Below the pieces are notes generated by a model. It saw only the letters and a list, made by a program, of their open reading frames with translations, searched no databases and was not told the DNA's origin. From an uncultured Gammaproteobacteria bacterium (GTDB lineage Bacteria > Patescibacteriota > Patescibacteriia > UBA9934 > GWF2-40-263): a stretch of 43,722 nucleotides of DNA. A program made the position numbers and the translations under genes. This document shows positions 1-9,063 of this stretch, piece after piece (within the stretch, counting starts at the first letter, position 1; the number at the start of each line of letters is the position of its first letter). Location of the stretch: contig CAZPPQ010000002.1 of the NCBI GenBank assembly GCA_964588505.1, positions 1 to 43,722 of the forward strand, written 5' to 3'.

Positions 1-58
1 CCTTTCATATGATTTCAAGGGTCTGGGTGTATCATATGTCATGAACCAGCGCATTTGA

Positions 59-87
59 TTGACAAAAACCGCTTTTCGCGGTAGATT
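59..87 (+). promoter_or_regulatory. sigma70-like promoter (TTGACA-17 nt-TAGATT)
   Basis: TTGACA lies at 59-64, followed by an exact 17-nt spacer and TAGATT at 82-87. No ORF follows; two hairpin/T-run terminators lie 40-100 nt downstream. Confidence 0.4.
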
Positions 88-123
88 TATTTCCGACGGG
101 GCCAGTCAATCGTCTCAACACAC

Positions 124-156
124 AAAAATCCATCCGCAAAAACGGATGAGTTTTTG
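124..156. terminator. bidirectional intrinsic terminator hairpin
   Basis: The stem is catccg/cggatg (131-136/143-148), flanked by an A-run on the left and TTTTT on the right. Confidence 0.55.
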
Positions 157-162
157 TATACC

Positions 163-194
163 AAAATCCCACCCCCGAAAGGGTGGGATTTTTG
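163..194. terminator. bidirectional intrinsic terminator hairpin
   Basis: A 9-bp stem atcccaccc/gggtgggat (166-174/181-189) has loop ccgaaa, AAAA upstream and TTTT downstream. Confidence 0.6.
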
Positions 195-385
195 GCTCCT
201 CATAATCCCCATACCGTTGCGGCCAAGGCCATTGGCATCCGCCGCAGGCCGTATCCCACACAGGCTGTAAAAATTCTACAGCCGAGCAGGTTGCCGCGTT
301 GGTATTTGTGGATGGATGAAGAAATGTCCGGTCATCCAAACCATCTGCAGATGGTTGGAGACGAGACGCATCAGCTAAGCCGTGC

Positions 386-3300
386 TTAGTAGATGATCGT
401 GCCACCGGTAACCGGGAGATTCTTGAGATAGTCAGCGTCGATATTCAACGCGTCGCTATTCGTCAAGTTGGAATCATCCCACTGAATTGCGGCATCATCG
501 TCGAGACCTATTCCAGAGCCGACACTCAAACTGTTGATTTCGTTCTGGTCTGGAATCTCAATGCGAATTGTGTCGTCATTTGCAGAAGAAGCGCCAGTCG
601 AGTCAAAGCGCAAGACATATGTCTTGGTTTCACCGGCTGCAATTTCTTCCGCTGCGATCGAGCCCCCTGAAGCGCCGAAGTCTACGACCATGAATGACAT
701 ATCCCCAGTCGTGGTTGAACAAGCTGCTCCAGTATCGATGAAGAACGTCCACGGGGTCGTTCCATCTGCATCAAGCTTAATGGTGGAATCATTTGCATTA
801 TAGATTTCCCACTCTGTCGCGTCCCCGATATGAAGCGCGTCAGCGGCATCCGTGTCACACTCTTCCCAACTGGAAGATGCGTTATCCGAAGCCGTGAGCT
901 TGAACGTCATCTTGTCAAGCGTGACAGTGCCACGAGAATCCGCCGAGACATTAAAGCGGAACACTTCGTTCAGACCAGGCACAGAGGCGCCGGATGGAGA
1001 GCCTGAGGCGAGGGAGAAAGTCGGCTTTGTCTTGCGGACTTCGTGTGTGGCTGCGTCGACATCATCAACACCAGAAGAGGCGCCGGTGAGAGTCGAACCT
1101 GAAGAGAGGCCGACGGCTTCGAACTCTGCGGCGCCATCAGCATCGAGATCGAGGCTGATTGTATCGCCGGAAACCGTATTCGCCGTCGTCGCCTCACCCA
1201 TATTCACCTTAACAGTAAGGTAAGCGACATCATTGGCTGGGACATAAAGATCCAAATTTTCGAATGTTACGGCCGAACTGCTCAAGAACGAGGTTGAGGT
1301 CTTCGTCTCGCCAGCCTGGTTCTTGTATTCGAGGGCAACGGAAGTAACACTGCTGTCTAAACTCGATCCATTTGCGAGCAAGACCTTCGTAATCTTTATT
1401 GCCTCGTTTGTCGCGCCGAACTTAAACTTGGAAACAGTCACGCCTGTGCTATTTGCAAGGACAATCGTCCCGGTCGGTGAGTCAGCGGCTAAATCTGTTG
1501 TAAGACTACCGGCAGAAGTCACAGTAATCGCGACACCTTGCGCGCTATTTATCGTATCAGAACCAGACTCCGAAATGGTATTCCCTTCGGCGTCCGTCGC
1601 TGTGACGTCATCGGTTGAATCCACTTCAATAGTATAGATGTCGTCGCTTGCGGAGATCGTTGTTTCTGGAGTCAAATTTGCCAAATTACAGCGAACAAGC
1701 ATCTTGTATGTTTGTCCGGCTGGAATCGTCCAACTGAAACCAGAGAAGATAACGTCTTTTGCTCCGCTAGAACCGCTTGCAAAAGACTCCGGGCCGTCAA
1801 TCAACACACCGGTAATTCCATCATAGATGGAACACGAGGAAACACGCTCCGCCATGGACATATCAACTTCTGCAACCGTACCATCAGCATCACCTTTTCC
1901 TTCGAGCGTAATCGCGGAAATCTTGGCGTAAGAGGCAGAACCAGCCGCAAAACTCATTCCAAGGAAGTCCACATCGGATGAACCCTGAACCACTGTCTTA
2001 GAAGATGGGGGTGAGATCAAAGCGACTGTCAAGGCTGATGCATCAACTTCCATCGCATTCCCTGTGATATCGGCACTTGGCACGATATCAGTTCCCGCGG
2101 TCAGGTCATTGTTATTGACATCACGAGCCGTCACCTGATCCATTTCAATCATGGCTGTGAGCGTATCGGCATCCACGATATCGTAGGTCGAGGAGTTAGC
2201 ATCCGTATCCTTGACATCAACCAATATGGCGAGGTCAAGCACTTGACCAGCAGACATCGAGAAGTCATCGGAGAAAGAAACGGCCTCTTTGTTTGCGACA
2301 CCACTTCCATCACCATCAGCAATCGTATCATCAAACTCTTCCGGACCCATCACTGTACTGCCAGTTGCCAAATTGATAACGCGGAAATTCTGATAGTTAG
2401 CAGTACCGGCTGTGTCACTACCAAGAAGACCGGTTCCAGAAGCGAAGATGCTGAAATCAATATCACGGATATCCGCAGTCGTCTGTGAAGTAATCGTAAA
2501 CTTCATCAACGTAACGCCAGTGGTGTTCGGAGAGATCTTTGTTGTGGAAGGACCGTTAAAAGCAAAGGTGACCTTCCCTCCTTGAATATCAGACCACGAA
2601 CACTCGTCGGTTGCGTCATTACAAGCAGAGCTTGTAATTCCGTCATAAGCCGTCTTTGTGACGGTAACCCCGAAGCCATATTTCGCACCGACAGCATAAA
2701 CATCAGAGTTCTCATCAAATGCGAAACGAATATCATCCCCTGACTTTCCGCCAACATCCACCTTTACCTGGAACAGACGGTTATTACCTTGGGCAAGAGC
2801 ATAAGGCGTCGAGAATGTGAAGATGACATAATCAGATCCGACAACACCATCAGCAACCTTCGTTGTATTCTGCCAGAGAGTGTAATTCTTATGATCTGTC
2901 GCTGTCGCACCGACCGCCAACTTCAAGCGTTGAATGGAAACATCTTCCGATGAACCAGCCGTGATCTTGAATTCGGCAGCCTGGTGTTGTTTTGTACCGA
3001 GATTTGGGTTCGAAATTGTCCCACCTTTTGTCACAGTGACTGATCCGACTTCTGTTGCCGAAGTGGTCATCGTGGCACCCTTCACAGGAAAGCTCCCGCC
3101 GACAGAGGCGGCCGACTTCACGGAAGAAGCGGCGGAAATTTCAAAGGCGAACGTCTCGCCGGACGTGCTGTAATCAGCCATGTCTGCAACGAGGGTCAAG
3201 GTCTTTACTGCGCCTGCCGCCACTGCAACGGAAAGCCCACCAAACGAGGTGGTTCGAGATGTAGAGTTCAGAGAACGGCCAACGGTCAGACGCGTATCCC

Positions 3301-4243
3301 CATCATAGAGATACAACGAACTGATTGCGCTTGTCGAACCAAGACCGGACATCTTGACAGTAACTTCAGAAACCGACGTTGCGGAAGCAGACGACAAGCT
3401 GAACTTTAACAGCTTGACGCTGGTAGCCTTGTCGGCAATCGTTACGGCAGCCGGGCTGTCCGAAGCCAAGGAGACCGTGAGGGCTCCGGTGGTCGGAGTT
3501 ACTGCCGTGGCTGTCTGGGCCGTGTTGACAAGAGAAGCCTCGACGGCTGACACATCAGAACCTGCTGTCAAGCCGGAGACGCTGACCCCTGTCCCGTCGA
3601 GCAAAAAGCGGCTCTGGTAGCGGTTGGCTGTAAAGCCAGCGCTTGAAACCAAACGCTTCGTGCTGCCGGAAACGAGATAATTACTGCCGCCGCTTGAGAC
3701 CACAGCGCCATCATAGGCGCTCGCGGCGCTCGTAAGGGAGGCACCGACCGTGTAATCAACAAAGAACACATCCGGGACATCTTCCACGAACTTGTTCCAG
3801 TCACTACCGGCCAAGCCCTGCGCAACGGCTTCTGTTTCGATCCATCGTAGGGATCCACTGGAAGAAACAGCGTACACTTTTGGATCACTCTGGATCTTTA
3901 CCCAGAACGCGCCTGGGCGATAAACGACATTGCCACCAAGCGGGATAGCCGCAAGGTCGCTGTCAGAGAGAGTCTGGACACCCGAGAAGTCCGAATACCA
4001 TGTGAGGTACGTCTTCTCGTTCGGGAAAGCATAACGCTTGCTGTCGGCACCGTAGTAATACACGGTGTTCAGCGTCGTTCCTTTGACAAGGTCGCCCGGC
4101 GAAGCCGCGCGTGCCGTCAAAGGAGCCACGAACGCGGAAAAACCCACAGACCACAAAATCGTGGCTGCGGCGACCGCGATCGACAGCGTCCGCTTTCCCA
4201 TGCGAAGTGAATCGTTCATAAGGAAATTTTGGAACCTTTTCAA
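386..4243 (-). CDS. large secreted/cell-surface protein (1285 aa) with an N-terminal hydrophobic anchor/signal
   Basis: It is one uninterrupted 3.86-kb ORF. The N-terminus reads RTLSIAVAAATILWSVGFSAFVAPLTARA (signal-like). The body is S/T/A/G/D-rich and beta-repeat-like, with no catalytic motif seen. The ORF-track start is TTG; ATGs at 4219 and 4201 are alternatives. Confidence 0.8.
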   Translation of the reverse strand: MKRFQNFLMNDSLRMGKRTLSIAVAAATILWSVGFSAFVAPLTARAASPGDLVKGTTLNTVYYYGADSKRYAFPNEKTYLTWYSDFSGVQTLSDSDLAAIPLGGNVVYRPGAFWVKIQSDPKVYAVSSSGSLRWIETEAVAQGLAGSDWNKFVEDVPDVFFVDYTVGASLTSAASAYDGAVVSSGGSNYLVSGSTKRLVSSAGFTANRYQSRFLLDGTGVSVSGLTAGSDVSAVEASLVNTAQTATAVTPTTGALTVSLASDSPAAVTIADKATSVKLLKFSLSSASATSVSEVTVKMSGLGSTSAISSLYLYDGDTRLTVGRSLNSTSRTTSFGGLSVAVAAGAVKTLTLVADMADYSTSGETFAFEISAASSVKSAASVGGSFPVKGATMTTSATEVGSVTVTKGGTISNPNLGTKQHQAAEFKITAGSSEDVSIQRLKLAVGATATDHKNYTLWQNTTKVADGVVGSDYVIFTFSTPYALAQGNNRLFQVKVDVGGKSGDDIRFAFDENSDVYAVGAKYGFGVTVTKTAYDGITSSACNDATDECSWSDIQGGKVTFAFNGPSTTKISPNTTGVTLMKFTITSQTTADIRDIDFSIFASGTGLLGSDTAGTANYQNFRVINLATGSTVMGPEEFDDTIADGDGSGVANKEAVSFSDDFSMSAGQVLDLAILVDVKDTDANSSTYDIVDADTLTAMIEMDQVTARDVNNNDLTAGTDIVPSADITGNAMEVDASALTVALISPPSSKTVVQGSSDVDFLGMSFAAGSASYAKISAITLEGKGDADGTVAEVDMSMAERVSSCSIYDGITGVLIDGPESFASGSSGAKDVIFSGFSWTIPAGQTYKMLVRCNLANLTPETTISASDDIYTIEVDSTDDVTATDAEGNTISESGSDTINSAQGVAITVTSAGSLTTDLAADSPTGTIVLANSTGVTVSKFKFGATNEAIKITKVLLANGSSLDSSVTSVALEYKNQAGETKTSTSFLSSSAVTFENLDLYVPANDVAYLTVKVNMGEATTANTVSGDTISLDLDADGAAEFEAVGLSSGSTLTGASSGVDDVDAATHEVRKTKPTFSLASGSPSGASVPGLNEVFRFNVSADSRGTVTLDKMTFKLTASDNASSSWEECDTDAADALHIGDATEWEIYNANDSTIKLDADGTTPWTFFIDTGAACSTTTGDMSFMVVDFGASGGSIAAEEIAAGETKTYVLRFDSTGASSANDDTIRIEIPDQNEINSLSVGSGIGLDDDAAIQWDDSNLTNSDALNIDADYLKNLPVTGGTIIY

Positions 4244-4326
4244 TTAATTCTAACGGCGATAAACGGCCTTGCGGCCTCGACCTTTCAGTTTACCGCGCAT
4301 TAATAAGGTATTGGGGACTTAGAATC

Positions 4327-4366
4327 CCCGAGCCGAAATCCTTTTTGCAAAGGATTTCGGCTCGGG
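4327..4366 (-). promoter_or_regulatory. perfect 18-bp stem-loop in the spacer between the anti-sigma-like gene and the surface-protein gene
   Basis: The stem is cccgagccgaaatccttt / aaaggatttcggctcggg with loop ttgc. Smaller hairpins flank it at 4368-4383 (cgggag/ctcccg) and 4311-4327 (gggga/tcccc). No T-run follows on the sense (minus) strand. Confidence 0.5.
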
Positions 4367-4388
4367 ACGGGAGTTACCTCCCGGCCTG

Positions 4389-5447
4389 TTAGTTGCTGGT
4401 GGTGATGTCAATTTCCAATCCGACAAGAATATCTTCCGCTGACTTTACCGTATCATTCACCCGATTCAAGTTTGCAAACGCCCCTTGAAACCCGCCGGCG
4501 GCGAACATATTCATAGCTTCTGAAAGCGTTTTGTTTTGCGCTTGAAGGGCAAGCATAATCGAGCCAAGTTTCTTTTGAAGTTCCTTGCGTGCGGCCGGCG
4601 CGAGAGCCTTTTCCGCCGCGCCTTGCAAAACGGATGTGCGACCGATGCTGGTCATAAGGCGCGTGGTCAAATCCCGATACCGTTTTTGAAATGTCTGCTC
4701 AAGCTCTTGCGAAGTGATGTCGCTGTCATCGGAATCATTCATCTTGACAAGCGTGGACACAATCTTGATGTTGACCGTATCTATAACCGCCTCGGCGTTT
4801 TTTACCTCATCTTTCAAATCGCCGGACGCAACTGGAGCTGTTTGGTTCAAAAGCGTTTTGAATTCATCTGTTTTTTGATCAAGCGAAACAGCAAGCGAAG
4901 ATGTCTCCGGCGCTTTGTCAGAAGCGAGTTGCGCAAGTTCCGCTTGCGCTGAAAAAATTTGATCCGTAAAATCTTCAACCGTGATTTTTACCATTCCTTC
5001 TTTTCCATCCAGTTCTGAAGACATAATGGCAGAGGCTTCTTGAAGTCGGCGGCCAGCGAACTCCGCGTGAAGAAGCGCGCGCTGATTGCCAGAGCCGGCA
5101 AACCGCAGCTGCATACGCTCGGTCGCAAGCTTTACAGGATACAGAACATCGCCAGGCACGGAATTGAAAGAGGCGTTAACGCTCGCGATCCATCCTCCGA
5201 ACACAATAGCAAAAATCGAAGCAACCGCGGCCAACGGCTGAAGCGCGGTTGTTTGAAAACGGAATAAGAAAAATTCAACGTAAGATTTCGCGCCGTATGC
5301 CTTTTGAATCCTTGTCTCTCCGATACCGATATCTTTCGAAATGCGCATCCAAAGCGCTCCTTTCTTTTCTGGAGAAAAAACACCGCCGAACGCTTCGGCT
5401 TGTTTTGCTTTTTCGAATAATTGTCGCACATCATTTTCTGTTGTCAT
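4389..5447 (-). CDS. DUF5667-like membrane protein, putative anti-sigma factor
   Basis: It has one central TM segment (LAAVASIFAIVFGGWIASV) followed by PGDVLYPVKLATERMQL and a long helical region. It overlaps the upstream sigma gene by 4 nt (ATGA). Confidence 0.6.
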   Translation of the reverse strand: MTTENDVRQLFEKAKQAEAFGGVFSPEKKGALWMRISKDIGIGETRIQKAYGAKSYVEFFLFRFQTTALQPLAAVASIFAIVFGGWIASVNASFNSVPGDVLYPVKLATERMQLRFAGSGNQRALLHAEFAGRRLQEASAIMSSELDGKEGMVKITVEDFTDQIFSAQAELAQLASDKAPETSSLAVSLDQKTDEFKTLLNQTAPVASGDLKDEVKNAEAVIDTVNIKIVSTLVKMNDSDDSDITSQELEQTFQKRYRDLTTRLMTSIGRTSVLQGAAEKALAPAARKELQKKLGSIMLALQAQNKTLSEAMNMFAAGGFQGAFANLNRVNDTVKSAEDILVGLEIDITTSN

Positions 5448-6001
5448 ACGGATTGGCGTTCGACATCAATGATCTCCCGAAGTTTTTTTATCGCTCGACT
5501 GATGGTCATACTCGTCGCGGTCTGTGTCTTGAAAATACGCGCGGCGATTTCCTTCACGGATACATCCTCAATGTAGCGCCAGACAAGGACCTGCTGATCT
5601 GTTTCCTCTAACTTTTCCAACGCGCGCTTCAAGAGAGCAACATCGGCGCGGAAAAGAATCTTCTCCGGACTCTCCCGCGACTTCAATTCTTGGCCTGACT
5701 CTTCTTCCATCATCTCAAGAGACACCGTTTGCTTCCGAAACTTGTAAAACTCGGCAATCGTCGTCCGCGCAATCGTGAAAATGAGTCCGGACAAACTCTC
5801 GACTTCCGCAGTCTGTAGATAGGCCCACAAACGCACGAAAGTCGTTGCCGAGGCATCTTCTGCATCTTGAACGGTTGGAAGTTTTCTTATAAAGAACCGC
5901 CTGATACCTTCTGTGTATTCGAGATAAATTTCCTCAAACGCTTTCGGATCTTTGTGAACGCGGACGCGGAAAAGCAAGAATTGTTGTTTTTTCGCGTTCA
6001 T
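5444..6001 (-). CDS. ECF-type RNA polymerase sigma-70 family factor
   Basis: Region 2-like sequence: FEEIYLEYTEGIRRFFIRKL...TFVRLWAYL. Region 4 HTH: VLVWRYIEDVSVKEIAARIFKTQTATSMTISRAIKKLREI. The start is taken at the ATG at 6001 (MNAKKQQ); the ORF track extends to a TTG at 6088. Confidence 0.8.
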   Translation of the reverse strand: MNAKKQQFLLFRVRVHKDPKAFEEIYLEYTEGIRRFFIRKLPTVQDAEDASATTFVRLWAYLQTAEVESLSGLIFTIARTTIAEFYKFRKQTVSLEMMEEESGQELKSRESPEKILFRADVALLKRALEKLEETDQQVLVWRYIEDVSVKEIAARIFKTQTATSMTISRAIKKLREIIDVERQSV

Positions 6002-6134
6002 ATTGGAAGATGATGCGCTGGAAAGAATATCACAATTCAACTTCTTTTTAATCCTAGAATATGCAAAATAATGCCACAAACTGGCCAAAAAATCAAGGTC
6101 TGTCCGGATCTGAAGACCTTGACATCAAAAATAC

Positions 6135-6163
6135 TTGACAGTGGATAACTTTTTGGGTACTCT
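6135..6163 (+). promoter_or_regulatory. sigma70-like promoter for the HTH gene (TTGACA-17-TACTCT)
   Basis: TTGACA lies at 6135-6140, with a 17-nt spacer and TACTCT at 6158-6163. A second TTGACA lies at 6119-6124. The ATG is at 6179. Confidence 0.4.
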
Positions 6164-6178
6164 GGTGTAGACAAATGT

Positions 6179-6475
6179 ATGTCTTTACCTTCAATTATCC
6201 GTCTTTCCGTATCCGAGGCCGCCAGACTTTTCGGTGTGAGTCAAAAAACCATCCGACGAGCAATCGCCGAACAGCAGGTTGTTTATATCGTAGTTCAAGG
6301 ACGCTATAAAATCACCTTTGAATCCCTGCTTCGGTGGTCGCAAAACACCACGACGGCCAGACACAAACGCGATCTCCAGGGCATCGGTCAGTTCGTGAAC
6401 CAATGGCGTATCAGAAACAAAATGTTCTCTCCGAATCCGAAAAGTCTGGAGGAAACGGATAACACAGGAATTTAG
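6179..6475 (+). CDS. helix-turn-helix (excisionase/MerR-like) DNA-binding protein
   Basis: LSVSEAARLFGVSQKTIRRAIAEQQVVYIVVQGRYKITFESLLRW matches the HTH_17/excisionase-type pattern. Confidence 0.6.
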   Translation: MSLPSIIRLSVSEAARLFGVSQKTIRRAIAEQQVVYIVVQGRYKITFESLLRWSQNTTTARHKRDLQGIGQFVNQWRIRNKMFSPNPKSLEETDNTGI

Positions 6476-6500
6476 GGCGTTAGGAATTTAGGGCGTTATC
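6469..6500. repeat. tandem 16-mer (AATTTAGGGCGTTAGG x2) of the TTAGG-type boundary repeat family
   Basis: aatttagggcgttagg (6469-6484) is followed by aatttagggcgttatc (6485-6500). The stop codon of the HTH gene (TAG, 6473-6475) lies inside the first unit. Confidence 0.85.
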
Positions 6501-6529
6501 AAAAATTTCTGCCGATGGCAGAAATTTTT
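6501..6529. terminator. bidirectional intrinsic terminator between convergent genes
   Basis: An 11-bp stem aaatttctgcc/ggcagaaattt with loop gat carries A/T runs on both sides. Confidence 0.7.
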
Positions 6530-6531
6530 GC

Positions 6532-7692
6532 TTACACCTTAAATTTCGCTTCCTTCAAGTCCGGAATAAAATGCAATGCTTCGTACAAATACGATGTCTG
6601 TTCCCCGATGTCGCGCCAATCAAAGTGGCGCGCGACAAACGTGCGAGCCTCGCGTCCGACCGCCTCAACCTGCTCCGGATGCTCGATCAACATCGCCATC
6701 TTTTCTTTCATATCTGTTATATCACCTGCCTTGAATTGAATACCCTGCTCGCCGGAAAGTTCGCCGTTTTCAGGAATATCCGAAGCAAGCACGCACTTGC
6801 CGTAACTCATGGCCTCGAGCATAGAAATTGGAAGCCCCTCGGATTCGGAAGGATGGACCACGGCGTATGATCCGGCATACAGCGCGTGAAGCGGATCGCC
6901 GACCTGAAGCCCGGTCATCACAATGGTCGAATCCGTCTTGGCAATCTCCTGTAATTCACGGACATACGCATCCGTAAACGCGCTCCCGCCAACAATCGCG
7001 AGCTTTAAATTCTTCATCAATTCCGGGCGTTCGACACGAAGCTCTTTCCACGCTTGCATCAGCTTGTGAGCGCCTTTGTGCTTCACGAGCCGCGCGCACA
7101 TCATCAGATATTTTCCTTCCGCAAGGCCGAGCGCTTCGATATGTTTCAGATCAACCGGCTCAAGCGGAATGTGTGTTCCGTTCGGAATGTACACAGCTTC
7201 GGCACCATAAGACAAATGACAGTACGCGCCCAGAGTTTTAGAAACAGCAATAGTCGTATCCGGAATATGACACGCTAATCGCTCGCCGAGGTGCAACATA
7301 AACCGCGCGAACATATTCCATTTCTGATGATGACGGTCAATGCAGTGAAATGTGACAACCACTTTCGCGGACGGACGCAAAAGACGCGGCAACCAGCACA
7401 AGAGCGCAGGGCCAACGCCATGGAAATGAAATACGTCCACCTTTTCCCGCGTAGCGCGCAAAATGGATGTGAATGTGTGCGTAATCGTGTCCAAATGCTT
7501 GGTGCGGATGCTTGGTGTCGCGAGGCAACGCACGCCGCGATAATCGCGAACAGGCCACGCATACCACGAACGACAAAACACCAGGACCTCGTGGCCCCAT
7601 TTGACAAGTTCGGCTGAAAGCTCCTCCACATGGCGTTCTATGCCGCCGGCGCGAGCCGGGATTCCTTTTTGTCCGATCATGGCAATCTTCAT
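6532..7692 (-). CDS. glycosyltransferase, GT4 family (Glycos_transf_1)
   Basis: The N-terminus is MKIAMIGQKGIPARAGGIERHVEELS. The EX7E region reads SESEGLPISMLEAMSYGKCVLASDIPEN. Confidence 0.85.
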   Translation of the reverse strand: MKIAMIGQKGIPARAGGIERHVEELSAELVKWGHEVLVFCRSWYAWPVRDYRGVRCLATPSIRTKHLDTITHTFTSILRATREKVDVFHFHGVGPALLCWLPRLLRPSAKVVVTFHCIDRHHQKWNMFARFMLHLGERLACHIPDTTIAVSKTLGAYCHLSYGAEAVYIPNGTHIPLEPVDLKHIEALGLAEGKYLMMCARLVKHKGAHKLMQAWKELRVERPELMKNLKLAIVGGSAFTDAYVRELQEIAKTDSTIVMTGLQVGDPLHALYAGSYAVVHPSESEGLPISMLEAMSYGKCVLASDIPENGELSGEQGIQFKAGDITDMKEKMAMLIEHPEQVEAVGREARTFVARHFDWRDIGEQTSYLYEALHFIPDLKEAKFKV

Positions 7693-7724
7693 AGGTGTGT
7701 CCTTGGTATTTTGAGGAACCGCAT

Positions 7725-7753
7725 ATCTTAGTGAAAAAAGTCTTTTTTGTCAA
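7725..7753 (-). promoter_or_regulatory. sigma70-like promoter (TTGACA-17-TAAGAT) for the GT4 gene
   Basis: On the minus strand the sequence reads TTGACA aaaaagacttttttcac TAAGAT, about 30 nt upstream of the ATG at 7692. Confidence 0.5.
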
Positions 7754-7824
7754 GTAAAAAACCCCGAGTTTTCCACAGGGTTTTTTTGGCTCAATAAACA
7801 CAAAAAACTCCACTTTGAACATTC

Positions 7825-9048
7825 CTAAACTTCTCCCTCGCCTACAAGCTCTTCATAAATATCTTTTAACCGATTCCAATGACGATTGGAATGAAAACGC
7901 GTTTCCGCGGCCAATCGCGCGTTTTCCGCCAAAAACAAACGCTCGTCTTCGTCTTCGAAAAGACGGGCAACGGCCTCCCGCCATCCACGCTCATCAAGCG
8001 GCTTCACAAGCAATCCCGTGTGACGATCTTCGAGAACTTCGGAAACCCCGCCGACATTGCTCGCGATAACCGGCTTTCCATACGCCATCGCCTCCAAAAT
8101 TACAAGCGGAAAAACTTCCTGCACGCGGGAAGGTAAAAGGAGCGCTGTTGCGCCGCGATACCATTTCTGTAAATCTTCTCCGGACTGAAACCCGAGAAAC
8201 TCCACATTCGGAAGCCCGTGGGCAAAGGCGTGAAGGCGGTCTTCCTCGGGCCCGGTTCCGACAATCTTGAATGCGATATCCGGAAGCGCGCGCGCGGTTT
8301 CTAAAATGGTTTCGATTCCCTTTTCTTCCGAAAGGCGGCCGACGAAAAGAAAGTATTTTTGATGATCAAAAGACGGCGCGATTTTTTCCGTGGCGATTCC
8401 GTACGGATTTACGCGAATCTTGCGCGGAGAAAATCCGGCCTGAACCAGCTGACGCTTCATGAATTCCGACGGGGCGATGAAAAGCGAGATCGCGCGATCG
8501 TAAATCCGAAGCCAACGATGAAAACGAAACGCGGACGCTTGCGCAAAACTGGCCGCGAACGAATCTTTGTGAAACCGAGACCGCGCGGCAGAGACAATCC
8601 CGAGGCGGCGAACATCCGGCCCGCATCCATCGGCCCAGATATTATAAGAGGGAGAAATAAGATGATGGTCGTGCACGGTCATCATGACCGGAATCTTTCG
8701 CGCGCGCAACGCATCCAAAATCGAAGGCGAAAGTTGCGTGTAAATATTATGAATATGACAAAGGTCCGGACGAACATCATCAATCAAACTCCCCATACGC
8801 TTCCGCGCCTCGAAGGAATACAGCATCCGACCCAATGTTTTGAGCCCGGATATTCCAAAGCGAACATGCTCGGTTTCGACAAACGAAGGAAAATAAGGGG
8901 CGTACACGCACGAACGATTTTTCGAATGCCGCATAGCGAACGGGACGACCGTGTGGCCATGAGACTCAAGCCAATCCGAAACCTGAAACAGATACCGCTC
9001 TGCCCCTCCGCGGAGGAAATAAAATTTGTTGGCTTGGATGATTTTCAC
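7825..9048 (-). CDS. glycosyltransferase, GT4 family
   Basis: The N-terminus is MKIIQANKFYFLRGGAERY. The EX7E region reads RVQEVFPLVILEAMAYGKPVIASNVGGVSEVLED. Confidence 0.85.
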   Translation of the reverse strand: MKIIQANKFYFLRGGAERYLFQVSDWLESHGHTVVPFAMRHSKNRSCVYAPYFPSFVETEHVRFGISGLKTLGRMLYSFEARKRMGSLIDDVRPDLCHIHNIYTQLSPSILDALRARKIPVMMTVHDHHLISPSYNIWADGCGPDVRRLGIVSAARSRFHKDSFAASFAQASAFRFHRWLRIYDRAISLFIAPSEFMKRQLVQAGFSPRKIRVNPYGIATEKIAPSFDHQKYFLFVGRLSEEKGIETILETARALPDIAFKIVGTGPEEDRLHAFAHGLPNVEFLGFQSGEDLQKWYRGATALLLPSRVQEVFPLVILEAMAYGKPVIASNVGGVSEVLEDRHTGLLVKPLDERGWREAVARLFEDEDERLFLAENARLAAETRFHSNRHWNRLKDIYEELVGEGEV

Positions 9049-9063
9049 AAAATCGTGGATGAT

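Noticed and set aside
196-385. A possible small gene or known ncRNA (SRP, tmRNA, tRNA) downstream of the surface-protein gene.
   Set aside because: ORFs 115-405 (minus strand) and 183-389 (plus strand) have implausible composition. I found no tRNA T-loop, SRP helix-8 or tmRNA signatures. The region is left unassigned, and its hairpins are noted under the sRNA finding.
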